Shown piece after piece: positions 36,898 through 47,433 of a stretch of DNA of 50,776 nucleotides. A program made the translations under genes and the position numbers. Where the stretch lies: contig JAVECO010000167.1 of assembly GCA_051942205.1 (NCBI GenBank), forward strand, positions 1 to 50,776, read 5' to 3'. The DNA comes from Coniocarpon cinnabarinum (lineage: Eukaryota). How positions within the stretch are numbered: the stretch's first letter is position 1; each line of letters begins with the position of its first letter. The notes under the pieces are model-generated. The model had not been told where the DNA came from. It did no database searches and saw only the letters and a list, made by a program, of their open reading frames with translations.

Positions 36898-37062
36898 AAA
36901 GTGCCTGGTAATCACGTGTCGAAGTCAATGGTCGCGTTCTGACCCACCTCGGCAAATGCCGCAGTCGGATCCGTCAGCTTGGTTCCGAGCTTCGATATCA
37001 CTGAAATTTGTGAAATTCAATGACCTGACTTTCCAAGCACTTGCTGTGCGATATCGTAAGCA

Positions 37063-40000
37063 ATGTCGGCACAAAAACGCAAACTGAACAGCGACACATC
37101 TTCAAAGCCCAAGAGTGCTCCCAATACCGCCAAAAAGCTCAAGCGAGCGCCCACGAACGACCAAGAAAGCTCGACACGAAAATTGGCCACAACATCAATC
37201 CTCTTAGAAGACGAGAAGACATTTCCTAGAGGCCGAGGAGATGGCTTGACTCCTGTTGAAAAGAAACAGATTCGCCTCAAAGCAGACAGAGACGTTCTCT
37301 TTGAAGAGAGTGCGCAGAAACACTCGACCAACAAGCTCTATGATGGCTTTAGCGACGAAGACGACGACGCTGTAGATTCCGGAAGATCGGGGAAGAAGAG
37401 TCAGAAGAGCAAGCAGGACCTTAGGAAAGAGAATGAACGCAAGAGGCAGCAGAAGCTACAAGGTGACGCAGAGCCACCAAAGCCCAAGGGTTTGAAGCCA
37501 GGCGATGTTGTAGAAGGACGCATCACCAAGATCAACGATGATGATTACGATCATTTTCTCACGATTGAGTGGCCCAATCATCGTAAAGGCACGGTCTCGG
37601 TAACAGCAATCTCAGCCATCTTTACGCAGCAACTTGAACTCTTGCTCAAAGATGATGACGAGGAAGGCGATGCAAACGAGGAATCAAACGCAACGGACCT
37701 GAAGAAATACTTTAAGAGGGGACAATCTTTGAAAGCTGTCGTGACCAAAGTTGTAGAATCGTCCCATGACACTTCGGGCAAGCCTACAAAAGGGAGTCTT
37801 CAGCTATCTACTGACCCTCGCTTAGTTAACAAAGGTCTCACGAAGAATGACCTGCAGAAGAACGTCAAAATTCAAGCGGTGGTGGAAAGTGTGGAAGATC
37901 ATGGTCTTGTGATGGATTTCGCGCTTGAACAGAACACCGTCAAAGGCTTCCTGTCGTCAAACGAGATGCCTCAAGGTCGGAAGTTATCTTCCATTAAGTC
38001 TGGCGCCGTTCTCTTGTGCGTAGTCTCTGGGACTAATCCAAATGGTAAGGTCATCCAGTTGTCAGCAAACAACCCAGAATTAGCAGTCACCGAACAAAGT
38101 CAACAATCGAACTTAGGGTTAAAGAACACAGCATTCACAAACCCTGTGGATGAGAACCTCAAATCTCTAAATGACCTGGGGCCTGGATACGTCACCAAAG
38201 CTCGCATATCCTCGGTGAAAGATACCCAGCTGAACGTTGCGCTTGCGGATGGCGTGCAGGGGCGTATAGACGTGTCAGAAGCGTTCCAGTCGTTTGACGA
38301 AGTTAGAGATCGAAAGCATCCACTGATCTCATTCAAAGCCAAGCAAGTCATCCCTGTACGAGTGCTGGGTATTCACGACGCGCGCAACCACCGGTTCCTG
38401 CCAATCTCCCATCGCGGTGGGCATGTCCCTGTCTTTGAACTCTCTGCACGACTTGGGAAAGATGACAGCATTATGTCTTTTGATCAACTCAAGGAAGGCG
38501 AGTGCTACACCGCCACAGTGAACAACATTTCCGGCTCCAATCTTTGGGTAAATCTATCCCCCATCATACGTGGCCGAATCGAGCGACTGGATTTACCCGA
38601 CGATACATCAGAACTGCCAACGCGTTTTCCTGTTGGATCTCTTCTTCGCGTGTGGGTCAAGAAAATGGACCTTGCATCTGCTCGCCTTGATCTATCCACA
38701 AGACCTGGCGCAACGGCTGGCGTTGAGCTGAAGCTTGAGGATGTTTCCCAAGGCATGATCTTGGCCGCACGGGTGACTAGAGTTGAAGATAGTCGACTCT
38801 TTGTGCAACTAAGTACGACAGTGTCTGGGATTGTGCCCCTCACTGAGTTAGCGGACGACTTCGATGAAGCGCACCCGCACAAGCACATGAAAAATGAAAT
38901 GATACGAGTATGTGTAATGGAGATCGATCGGCCGAACAAAAGGATTGCGCTATCAGCCCGCCCCTCAAAAGTCTTAAGTTCTTCCTTGCCGGTCAAAGAC
39001 AAGCAAATCACGGACTTCAAGCAGTTGAACATCAACGACGTTGTTCGTGGATTTATCCAGCGCGTGGATGATATCGGGCTTTTCGTTGGCTTGGGACCAG
39101 GTATTAAAGCTTTAGCACCTGTTAAGGAGCTTTTCGACCAATACGTCAAGGACTGGAAACCTGAATTTCAAATTGACAGGCTTGTCAAAGGACGTGTGAT
39201 CGAGCTGGATGCTGAGAAACAGAGGCTGCATCTTTCTCTGCGGGAGTCAGTGGTCACGTCTGGCTACAAGCCGCTCCTGCGATTTGAAGATCTCAAGAAG
39301 AATGATGTTGTGCCTGGTAAAGTGCGAAAAGTGGAAGAATATGGTGTGTTCATCGTTCTTGACAACAGTCGGAATGTCAGCGGTCTTTGTCATCGATCGC
39401 AGATTGCGGAACGCAAAGTCGAGGACGCACGTGGGCTATACGATGAGGGCGACGCAGTGAAGGCGCTAGTCCTGAGTGTAGACGAGGGCAAGCGTCGCGT
39501 CAGCTTGAGCTTGAAGCCAAGCGCGTTTGAAAAGAAAGGAGTGAAGAAAAAACTCAAACAGCTCGACGCGGCAAACGACAAGGGGGATGCCGTCCCAAGC
39601 GACGAGAGTTCTGATGCCGACTTAGAGAATGGAGAAGAGGGTGGTATTGACCTTGTTCTCGATAAAGACGGCAACCTTCAAGTCCCTACTTCTGAGCTCC
39701 TGGAGACTGCTACAAAGTCGACTGAGGAGATCCCGACTAACGCGCAACTCATTGCATCTTCTCAATTACAAGAAGAAGACTCCTCTGACTCCGGGCTCGA
39801 CGCAGGTGGTTTCACCTGGAATCCTCTGACGCGTCGCCGTTCTCCCTCTGTCGTGTCTTCCCCAGCGTCTTCACCGCCACCAACCAAGAAACGCAGAAAG
39901 CGTGCCGCCCCCTACGAAGACCACACTACCGACCTCGATAAGACCGGACCTACAAAACCCTCAGACTTCGAGCGCCTTCTCATGTCCGATCGTGACGATC

Positions 40001-40977
40001 CGGCTTTGTGGACCCAGTACATGTCCCACTATGTCTCTGCTGGCGACATTCCTTCTGCGAGGAAAATAGCTGAGAGAGCGACACGTAGTATCAGCATCAC
40101 CCGAGACCAGGAGAAGCTCGAAATTTGGACGGCATGGCTTAATCTAGAGCTCCTCTTTGGCGACGACATCGACTCGAACAGCGCAGACGTGAGCGATGAA
40201 GCTGTCGCGTCCGATACCACGGGTGCTCTGAGCTTCCTTCGCGACGTCCCTCTTGCTGCGAATGTCAAGGACGTCTTTGCTAGAGCATGTGCGGTGCATG
40301 ATCGTGCATTACTTGCTCAGCGTCTCGTCAAGTCTCTCACCAAGTTCAAACGACTGGATGCAGCTCGTGCTCTCTACGAGCGCATGTCACATGACAAGGC
40401 CTTCACAGCTGCTCCCGACTTTTGGGTCAAATACGCCACTTTCCTCCTTCGCGACGCCGATCCTCAAGACGCACAAGCCGCTCGCTCTCTCCTACCACGC
40501 GCTACGCAGATCCTGCCCACGCTTGAGCATCCACGCATCCTCATGGAATTTGCGCGTCTCGAGTTCAAACTCCAGTCTTCCAACGATGAAAAGCACAGCG
40601 GTGCAGGCGATCCGGAGCGTGGCCGCACACTCTTCACAGAGCTGCTATCCGCATACAAGAAACGAGTGGACTTCTGGGACATCTGGCTCAGTCTCGAGGA
40701 AGCAATACTAGCGTCGATCCCTGACAACGAAAAAGAAGAAAAGGAGGAGCAGCAAGCACGAGTTAGGGATTTGTTTGAGCGCCAGACATTGGAAGAGGGC
40801 AAGCGAATGAAACCGAAGAGGGCGAAGGGTGTTTTTGGTCGGTGGAAGAAGTTCGAGGAGAATATTGTGGCCAAAGGGGAGATGGAGAGGGCGAAGAGGG
40901 TGGATCGGGTCAAAGCGAGAGAGCGACGATGGGAGGAGAAGAGAGGGAAGGAGAAGGAGAAAGAGATCCAAGGTTAG
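37063..40977 (+). CDS. RRP5: rRNA biogenesis protein Rrp5 (S1 repeats plus TPR/HAT), single exon
   Basis: FPRGRG..LTPVEKKQI, SVEDHGLVMD, SVKDTQLNVAL..GRIDVSE, HDARNHRFLPISHR, VSGLCHRSQ, DFERLL..LWTQYM..ARKIAERA, GDPERGRTLF. Confidence 0.95.
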   Translation: MSAQKRKLNSDTSSKPKSAPNTAKKLKRAPTNDQESSTRKLATTSILLEDEKTFPRGRGDGLTPVEKKQIRLKADRDVLFEESAQKHSTNKLYDGFSDEDDDAVDSGRSGKKSQKSKQDLRKENERKRQQKLQGDAEPPKPKGLKPGDVVEGRITKINDDDYDHFLTIEWPNHRKGTVSVTAISAIFTQQLELLLKDDDEEGDANEESNATDLKKYFKRGQSLKAVVTKVVESSHDTSGKPTKGSLQLSTDPRLVNKGLTKNDLQKNVKIQAVVESVEDHGLVMDFALEQNTVKGFLSSNEMPQGRKLSSIKSGAVLLCVVSGTNPNGKVIQLSANNPELAVTEQSQQSNLGLKNTAFTNPVDENLKSLNDLGPGYVTKARISSVKDTQLNVALADGVQGRIDVSEAFQSFDEVRDRKHPLISFKAKQVIPVRVLGIHDARNHRFLPISHRGGHVPVFELSARLGKDDSIMSFDQLKEGECYTATVNNISGSNLWVNLSPIIRGRIERLDLPDDTSELPTRFPVGSLLRVWVKKMDLASARLDLSTRPGATAGVELKLEDVSQGMILAARVTRVEDSRLFVQLSTTVSGIVPLTELADDFDEAHPHKHMKNEMIRVCVMEIDRPNKRIALSARPSKVLSSSLPVKDKQITDFKQLNINDVVRGFIQRVDDIGLFVGLGPGIKALAPVKELFDQYVKDWKPEFQIDRLVKGRVIELDAEKQRLHLSLRESVVTSGYKPLLRFEDLKKNDVVPGKVRKVEEYGVFIVLDNSRNVSGLCHRSQIAERKVEDARGLYDEGDAVKALVLSVDEGKRRVSLSLKPSAFEKKGVKKKLKQLDAANDKGDAVPSDESSDADLENGEEGGIDLVLDKDGNLQVPTSELLETATKSTEEIPTNAQLIASSQLQEEDSSDSGLDAGGFTWNPLTRRRSPSVVSSPASSPPPTKKRRKRAAPYEDHTTDLDKTGPTKPSDFERLLMSDRDDPALWTQYMSHYVSAGDIPSARKIAERATRSISITRDQEKLEIWTAWLNLELLFGDDIDSNSADVSDEAVASDTTGALSFLRDVPLAANVKDVFARACAVHDRALLAQRLVKSLTKFKRLDAARALYERMSHDKAFTAAPDFWVKYATFLLRDADPQDAQAARSLLPRATQILPTLEHPRILMEFARLEFKLQSSNDEKHSGAGDPERGRTLFTELLSAYKKRVDFWDIWLSLEEAILASIPDNEKEEKEEQQARVRDLFERQTLEEGKRMKPKRAKGVFGRWKKFEENIVAKGEMERAKRVDRVKARERRWEEKRGKEKEKEIQG

Positions 40978-41094
40978 AGACGTGTCGTTAAAGAAAGAAA
41001 TGCATTTTGTAACTAGAACTCCAAGAACTACTCGACTGATTCTCTGCTTCGCTGTACCCGAGTGCGTCACGTGCTCTTGTTGTTATGTTTGTTT

Positions 41095-41225
41095 TCGTCG
41101 ATTTTTCTCTTTTTCTTCTCCCCCTACCCTTTTTTTCGGTTTGTTGTTTTGTTTTGTTTTTGGTTTTTTTTTTTTTTTTTTTTTTTTTTTTCTTTTTTTT
41201 CTTTTTTTTCTTTTTTTTCTTTTTT
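41095..41225. repeat. T-rich low-complexity tract with a long homopolymer run
   Basis: TTGTTTTG units followed by ~60 bp of near-pure T (~41164-41225). Confidence 0.9.
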
Positions 41226-41555
41226 AAAAGCTGTGGCTCCTGCTCAAAACCCATATATAAAGATGGAAAACAGAAAATCAATCATTACACTCATGAATGT
41301 CTTTCCACCATGTCGCTATTCCTCCGTTGAGCGCGAAGCAAATAGTAGAATCAAGAATAAGGAGATTGTCGTTCAGTTCTTTGAAATCCAGGAAGCTACT
41401 AACGGGTTCGCCGACTTAAAGTTTCCAACGGCTCCTACATCTCGGGCTGTACTATAATTGCAATATTCCAAATGTGCGAGCATACGGCTTGCGCTTTCAA
41501 CAGCAGCAACGGAATTGCGCGCCGCGTCCGCAAATATTTTGTATCTACACTCTAG

Positions 41556-42591
41556 CTAAGAGGCGGCAGGAAGGGGCTCCGCGCCGTCTGCACCATCGAG
41601 AGATGCCATGAGATCGCGCACAGCTTTCACGAAAGCCCTGCGATGCGCGCGGCGGCCGAGACCTCGCAAGACCTCGTAAAACTCGCGGGCGCCGATGCGC
41701 GCCTGGACGCGCACCGCCATCCTCGCGACGAACGACGTGCGGGAAAGCCACGCGCCGTCTCTGACGAACGCGTACTCCATGAGGCGAAGGACATGCGGCG
41801 GCGTGACGAAACTCGGTCGGGGGATGCGCGTTCGCTTGAAGAACGCCCGCGCGCCGTCCTGCATGAGGGGATTGGCGACGCGGCTGTATCTCGCGAGGTA
41901 GGCGCGCGAGATCTTGATACGTCGATTCTGGTGCTGATTAGTATCTCGCGGATATCTGTGTGTCAATGGATTTAGAAGCACTTACTGGGCCCGCGATGCG
42001 GGCTTGGAGGACTAGAAACGCGGCCGTCTCCATTTGCGCGCTGGCGAGGCAGATGCGCGCGCGTTTGTACGCCACGTCAGCCTCGTCGAGCTGGTCGCTG
42101 AGCTCTGGTGCGAGGCGGCGGCGGAACTGCGTGAAGCCGGGATGATCGGCATACAGGTGGCGGCGGAAGACTTGGAAAGCGTTGGCTTCGTGCTGGAGGA
42201 GCGTGCCGAAGATGACGGACACGTCGTCGCGCACCTGTGTGTCCGCCATGGCTGCGAGCGCCGGCAGGAGACGGCGAAAGAGCTGGTGTTCGATGCGCAG
42301 GAGGACCTGGCTGTGTCTACAGAGGAAGCGATACGCTTGTTGGCGTGTATAAATTAGGTAACGCATGTACTTATTGAAGGTGGGAAGGGTCAAGCTTCTG
42401 ATCTCTCTGTTGAGCCGGAGCATGCTCATGGCTGTAGTAACAGAGCCGCCGAATGCGCCAGGACAGGGGACCAAAGTCCTTGCCTGGTCATTGCTACAAT
42501 CGAAGTATCTATTGGTGGGCAAGTGAAGTCCATAGGCCCTCTGAACAATCATGATTTTGATCTCGTTGGGCAGATCGTCGAAGACAGCCAT
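41556..42591 (-). CDS. Orphan protein with N-terminal F-box-like motif (325 aa, 2 exons)
   Basis: ATG 42591 MAVFDDLPNEIKIMIV, later MLRLNREIR. The two overlapping track ORFs join in frame through intron 41985-41928 (GTAAGT..CTAAT..CAG). GC-rich codons. Confidence 0.65.
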
Positions 42592-43685
42592 GACCGCTAA
42601 GCGGAAGCAGCGCAAGGAAACACCGAAGACAAGTGAACTTGCTATGTGTATGTGTGCGACGACGACAACTTCTATCTAATCTGACCTTCTATATGACCTA
42701 CAGATGTAATGAGAGGAGAGGGAATGGGGAGATGAAAGTGGGATGAAAAGAGGAGAAAAGGAAGAGGAAGAGGAAGAGGGAGACGGGAGACTTTATAGCA
42801 AAGAAGTATATACATAAGTATATCTTATATCTTGAGATATGTGATTGGCTGACATATTAAGGTTTATAAATTAAATATTACTTTTAACTGAAAACTCTGG
42901 GATTGGTGGAAATTCATGGGTCAAGCTAGTAGACTTTTGATATTTATCTGGACTGACCAGATAAGCTTCGATATAGCGATATCGACGATGATTACGAGCC
43001 TGCCCGGAAAGGCAGGGTCGCGTGACCGTGCCGAGACGGACAAGGTAGCAGAGCACCTAGAACATAACCCTGTGTGACGCGGCAAGGTAGCACAGAAGAC
43101 ACCGACCCTGCTTGCATTCACCCTGCCTTCATAGCAGAGTTTACACTTACCCGGCCGAAAGCAACAGGGTAACCCACTGCTGAAGCCCTATAACCACAAA
43201 GCCTTAAGACCATAGTGGAGAGACCTCTAATTTTGGTGGCTATAGCTGTATAGCTAACCCTATGGTACCGGTGCCTATCACAGGTATGCGAATTTCATTT
43301 ACCGTCCATAGCTGGAATGGGGTTTTCGCTTGGGCTTAGAAGGCAGCAGTCAACGAGGATTCAAGGGATCCCATGTATCACTACTGATCACGGTGGTGAC
43401 ATACTTGAAACATCGTACAAATGGTCTGTTCGAACGAGTCCACCTGCACAGGAATCTAGCAACGATCCTTGCCAGCGAGTAGTGCTTAAGATTTGCTATA
43501 GCAGAGGGAACCGTCGAATATACTCAAATATTTGGCCACACAATGCGCGACTCGCTTGCTTGTCTCACATTCTCGAGCTGTATCAGTATCACCTAGTACT
43601 TCAACTCGTGGAGAGTGCTGTGTTCGATCTTGATCACTGCAGGTTTCGTCTCGCCGTGTGTAAATCTGTAGATCGCTAATCTCGC

Positions 43686-45341
43686 TCATTTGCATTGAAT
43701 GACAGCGAGCCGCTTAGAGGCCATGTAGATCTCTAGAAAGATCCCAAATATTCTAAGGAGTGTTGGGCATCTCGGGAGTCTCTTTTCTGAACGCGCGCCA
43801 CGTAAGAAGCGCATCATTTGACGCTGCAGCAATATTTGCTGTGTCATCTGCGAGACGACTGTAGCCTCGCCAAGGATCACCACCCCTGCACACTTGCGGT
43901 CGAATTTGTGGGGTCTGAAGTACCTGACCGCATCGTACTCGAAGCATGCTGTCGTGCTCCCCGTCGCTAAGTCATAAAGTTCTTTTTCAATCCAGGGAAA
44001 ATCAACCAGGTTAGCCAGGTAGCCAGCGAAGGCTTCATTCTGTGAGTGAAGTTGCGAAAATGTTCTAACCAGGATCTCGAGCCGAGAGATCTCTGCTGGG
44101 GTGTTCTGACAAATCTAATACACGATGCTGTCAATTTGAATGCGGTACTGAAAATAGGGGCAGTGACCACCGCTTGTGCAGATACTGAGAGCTGTATTGA
44201 TGAGTCGAATGCAGGGCGCGCAGTATATGTACACGTTAGCGATGATTCCCCAGAATCCAATGCCGTTGTATAGAAAGCTTTCGTCGAGGGTAGAAGACTC
44301 AGGCTTGAAGTCTGACGGATCCATGACATCTGTCAGCTTCCTTGTTAATGTCCAAGGGGAGGACCTGTTGTCGTAGCCTTGCACCGAAACATGGTCCTCG
44401 ATTCGGGTATGGACTATACAAGCTTCTTCATTATTCAGGTTGCAGGACGGTATCAAGACGAAAAAGACTTTGGAGTGCAGTGAAATATCGGCTATAAGGA
44501 CTCAGCTTTGGCGGTTTCAGCGAAGGGTCTACTACTCACATTGGGGGACCACGAAGAGGCTACAATCTGCCTCCGAAACGGTATCGGTATCCGTTGCGAC
44601 GACATCCGGCAACGTGGATGTCCAGTCGTTAACACCGTCGTCGCCATCACTCTCACCTATTCGTGAAGCTGCTATTTGTTCGGTAGCTGCGTCTGCCCAA
44701 TTTGGGTATGTCTGTTCGCATGCAACCTCAATCAGTTGAAGTTCAGAGATACTTTTGATAGACGCTATGTCCGTAGTCATCATTTGATTCTCTAGCTTTG
44801 CGTCTAGGCTATACACTTGCAGGCCATCGACGAGTTCACGCAGACGCTCAATGAGCATTTCGAACTTCTCGCAGTCTTGCAAAGCCCAGATCCTTCGTCT
44901 GAAAACATTGGGATTCTGACCAGAGTTGGCACTTGATTTGGATCTAGGTAGTTTGGCTAGCAACTTCTGGAACCTTTTTGAGCTCAGCAGCGGTCGTGGT
45001 TCGTGTATGGGTTCGTCGAGTGCGCCAACCTCCTGCAGGCCGTAACGTGATTTCAAATTCTCAGAGTCGCTCAATAGCTGAAAGATGAGCTTCAAGAGGT
45101 TCTCGATTTTCTCCTGTGATTTGGGCTCCCAGACTATAGCATGTCCCCCAGGGTCAGCATTTGAAATATGCAGGCCCGTTGAAGACGCCCAGATCAGGAG
45201 GCGGTCTTTCTCGATATCAAGTCGGGCAAGTGCTAGCTGAAAGGTAAATGGATAGTGCTTTGCAACTTGGATGTAATCAAAACAGTCAACGACAGTCTTG
45301 AAGAGGCCGAAAAGCCCCACGGCGAGGCCGAAGCCTTCCAT
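43686..45341 (-). pseudogene. HeLo (HET-s N-terminal, Prion-inhib) domain gene with unknown C-terminal domain and one internal TAG (pseudogene, truncated allele or recoded gene)
   Basis: MEGFGLAVGLFGLFKTVVDCFDYIQVAK..RLDIEKDRLLIWA and WALQDCEKFEMLIERLRELVDGL are HeLo hallmarks. Intron 44539-44492. In-frame TAG at 44117-44115, then open to TGA at 43688-43686. Confidence 0.75.
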
Positions 45342-47433
45342 GGTCGAGCGGTGCAAGATGCTGCTGTGTTGGCTCTAGACCGAACTAGACTGAAAAGCTG
45401 CATGATTTCTCTCGTTCTTTGACTTCGAAGACAGAAGACTGTTCATATGCGTAGTCGAGGTCATTGCCTTGCACTGCCCCAGCGAATCATAGCGATGACT
45501 GTGGTGTTGTACGCTGAGCGTTCATTGCATGCTACATGCCTAACTCTCAGCCTGCTCCTGGTCGCGTCGATAACGCCAGAAAACTGCAACATGTAGGAAA
45601 TACACATTTAGACCTGTGGTCGACATTGCCACAAATCTGGGACTGTGATCTTGCGAAACCGCGGAGTGGCATGTTCCTGAACCCTGCCGCATCCATCCCA
45701 TGCGTAATCTTTGCAAAAAAGAGACGAGCACAGAGGGTTGTCTTCGTAGACACACCCGTTTGAGATTCCTGATGGTTGTAGCGGCGAGGATTAGAATCTC
45801 GCCTGCGGAAGATCAGACACGTCGGAGTCACTCCGCTCCGATGTCGTGACGAACACCGACGAGCTCACGAACGGAGGAACAGTGCCTAGCGCCGAAGGCA
45901 TGAAGGTCATACCGGCGTGCCGAGCAGTGGCCGAGATGGGGGGAGGATGAGGAGCGAGTTCGCAGAGGGTTGCCGGAAGAGTGGACCGACTTACGTGGCC
46001 CCCGAGGCTCACGAAGACGGCGCGAGTCATGGGGGAGCTGCGACAAGCAGGAAATGTGGAAAGAAGACCGATGAAGAAACAAGATGACAAGATGACAAGA
46101 GCTTGGCACATGTGCAGATGCGGGCAGGGTCGGGCAGGGTCGGGCAGCTCAGGCGCGGTGTGGGGCGAGAAAAGAAAAACAAGCATCGGGGGATCGACGC
46201 GGGCGATGTGGACTAGCACGCTCGCAGCCACAAAGCAAGCTGATGGATACACGATACGGGGTAATAGCAGCAGCAGCAATACCCCGGCCTCTGAGAGCTT
46301 TCCTCGAGCTCCTACGCACACCTATCTGCATCCAGCACCCGGCATCCAGCATCCAGGTTCTGGAGAGTGAGCGCAAGCTTAACACCGAGATCACGCAGCG
46401 CCGGGCTAGTGTAGCCGTGACGCCGTGCAGTACCTATCCTCGTCACGACTCTGACTTGGCCATCTCACGCACCTACTTTCCATCTTCCTCACCTTGCTGT
46501 CCTACTCTTCTGCTGCCCGCTGCCCAAACGCACACATACCTCTTGCTGCCTCGCTCCAGGTCAATATCCACACGCCTCCCTCCGGCACATGTCTCCAACG
46601 TTTCAGCAGCAGCCATCCTGCTCCTCGTCCTCGCTACGCCGCCGGACCGTCTGCCCGTTCCCCAGAAATATCATCCGCTTTCTGGCCTGGTGACAGCTTG
46701 CCTCAAATCATCCGATCCCTCCTTTGTACACACGTTGCCAACTCGCCCTCGCCTCTGCCAGCATTCCTCTGGCCTATATCCGCCCCACGCGCGCCCTCGC
46801 CCTTTTCGCCGCCCTTTGCTCCTGGTAAGTGACTACCGTGGCGACAACTCCATGCCTCTTCCCTCCGGCCACCTGCAGCTACATCCGCGTCTATCCGCTC
46901 TCGCCCTTTCCTCACTAGTCCCGACAAACAAACACTCCCTTGCCCATTGTTTGATGAAAAGGCGACGTTGCTGCTTCCACTCCTTCCCTTCCTCCTCCTC
47001 TGAACCCTTGTCCATTTAGTTCGTTTCATGTGTTACACTGACGCTCTGCTTTTCCACCATGACAGACTTTCAGCGGCCCTATCCCACTTCTCGCGGGGGT
47101 GCTCTCTGGTATAGACCGCATCGACGAAACATCTCTGTACCCCGCTTCCCTTCTCTCCTCGCCGAACGCCGCTCGCGCTGCAGCCGCATCACAACTGCAG
47201 AGATCCTCGGTGCCATCGAGCGGAACCATAAAGTCCTTGCTGGCACGACCAGAAAACCCCCGAAAGCCTCCACGCGAAGCAAGACCAGGCTGGCGACCGC
47301 ACGAGAAGACACTTTCCGGAGGTTGAGGTCGTTGATAGCAAGTCATTCGGCGGGACCAAAGGAGGAGTTGCTCGCCAGTAATTCTTCCAGTCGGAGGGGC
47401 TCCAGGCAGGAGGAGCCAACTGTTCCTCAGGAC

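Noticed and set aside
40829..41457. Poly-Phe and poly-Lys ORFs
   Set aside because: Artefacts of translating the poly-T tract.
41160..41560. Poly-T tract as the poly(A) tail of a retrocopied F-box gene or LINE
   Set aside because: The adjacent gene keeps an intron, and no TSD or reverse transcriptase remnant is visible.
43147..43195. Hammerhead-like GGCCGAAA motif
   Set aside because: No correctly placed CUGANGA core upstream of a stem II.
45500..46450. Several 70-180 aa ORFs upstream of the arrestin
   Set aside because: Overlapping low-complexity promoter/leader sequence with no motifs or consistent splice structure.
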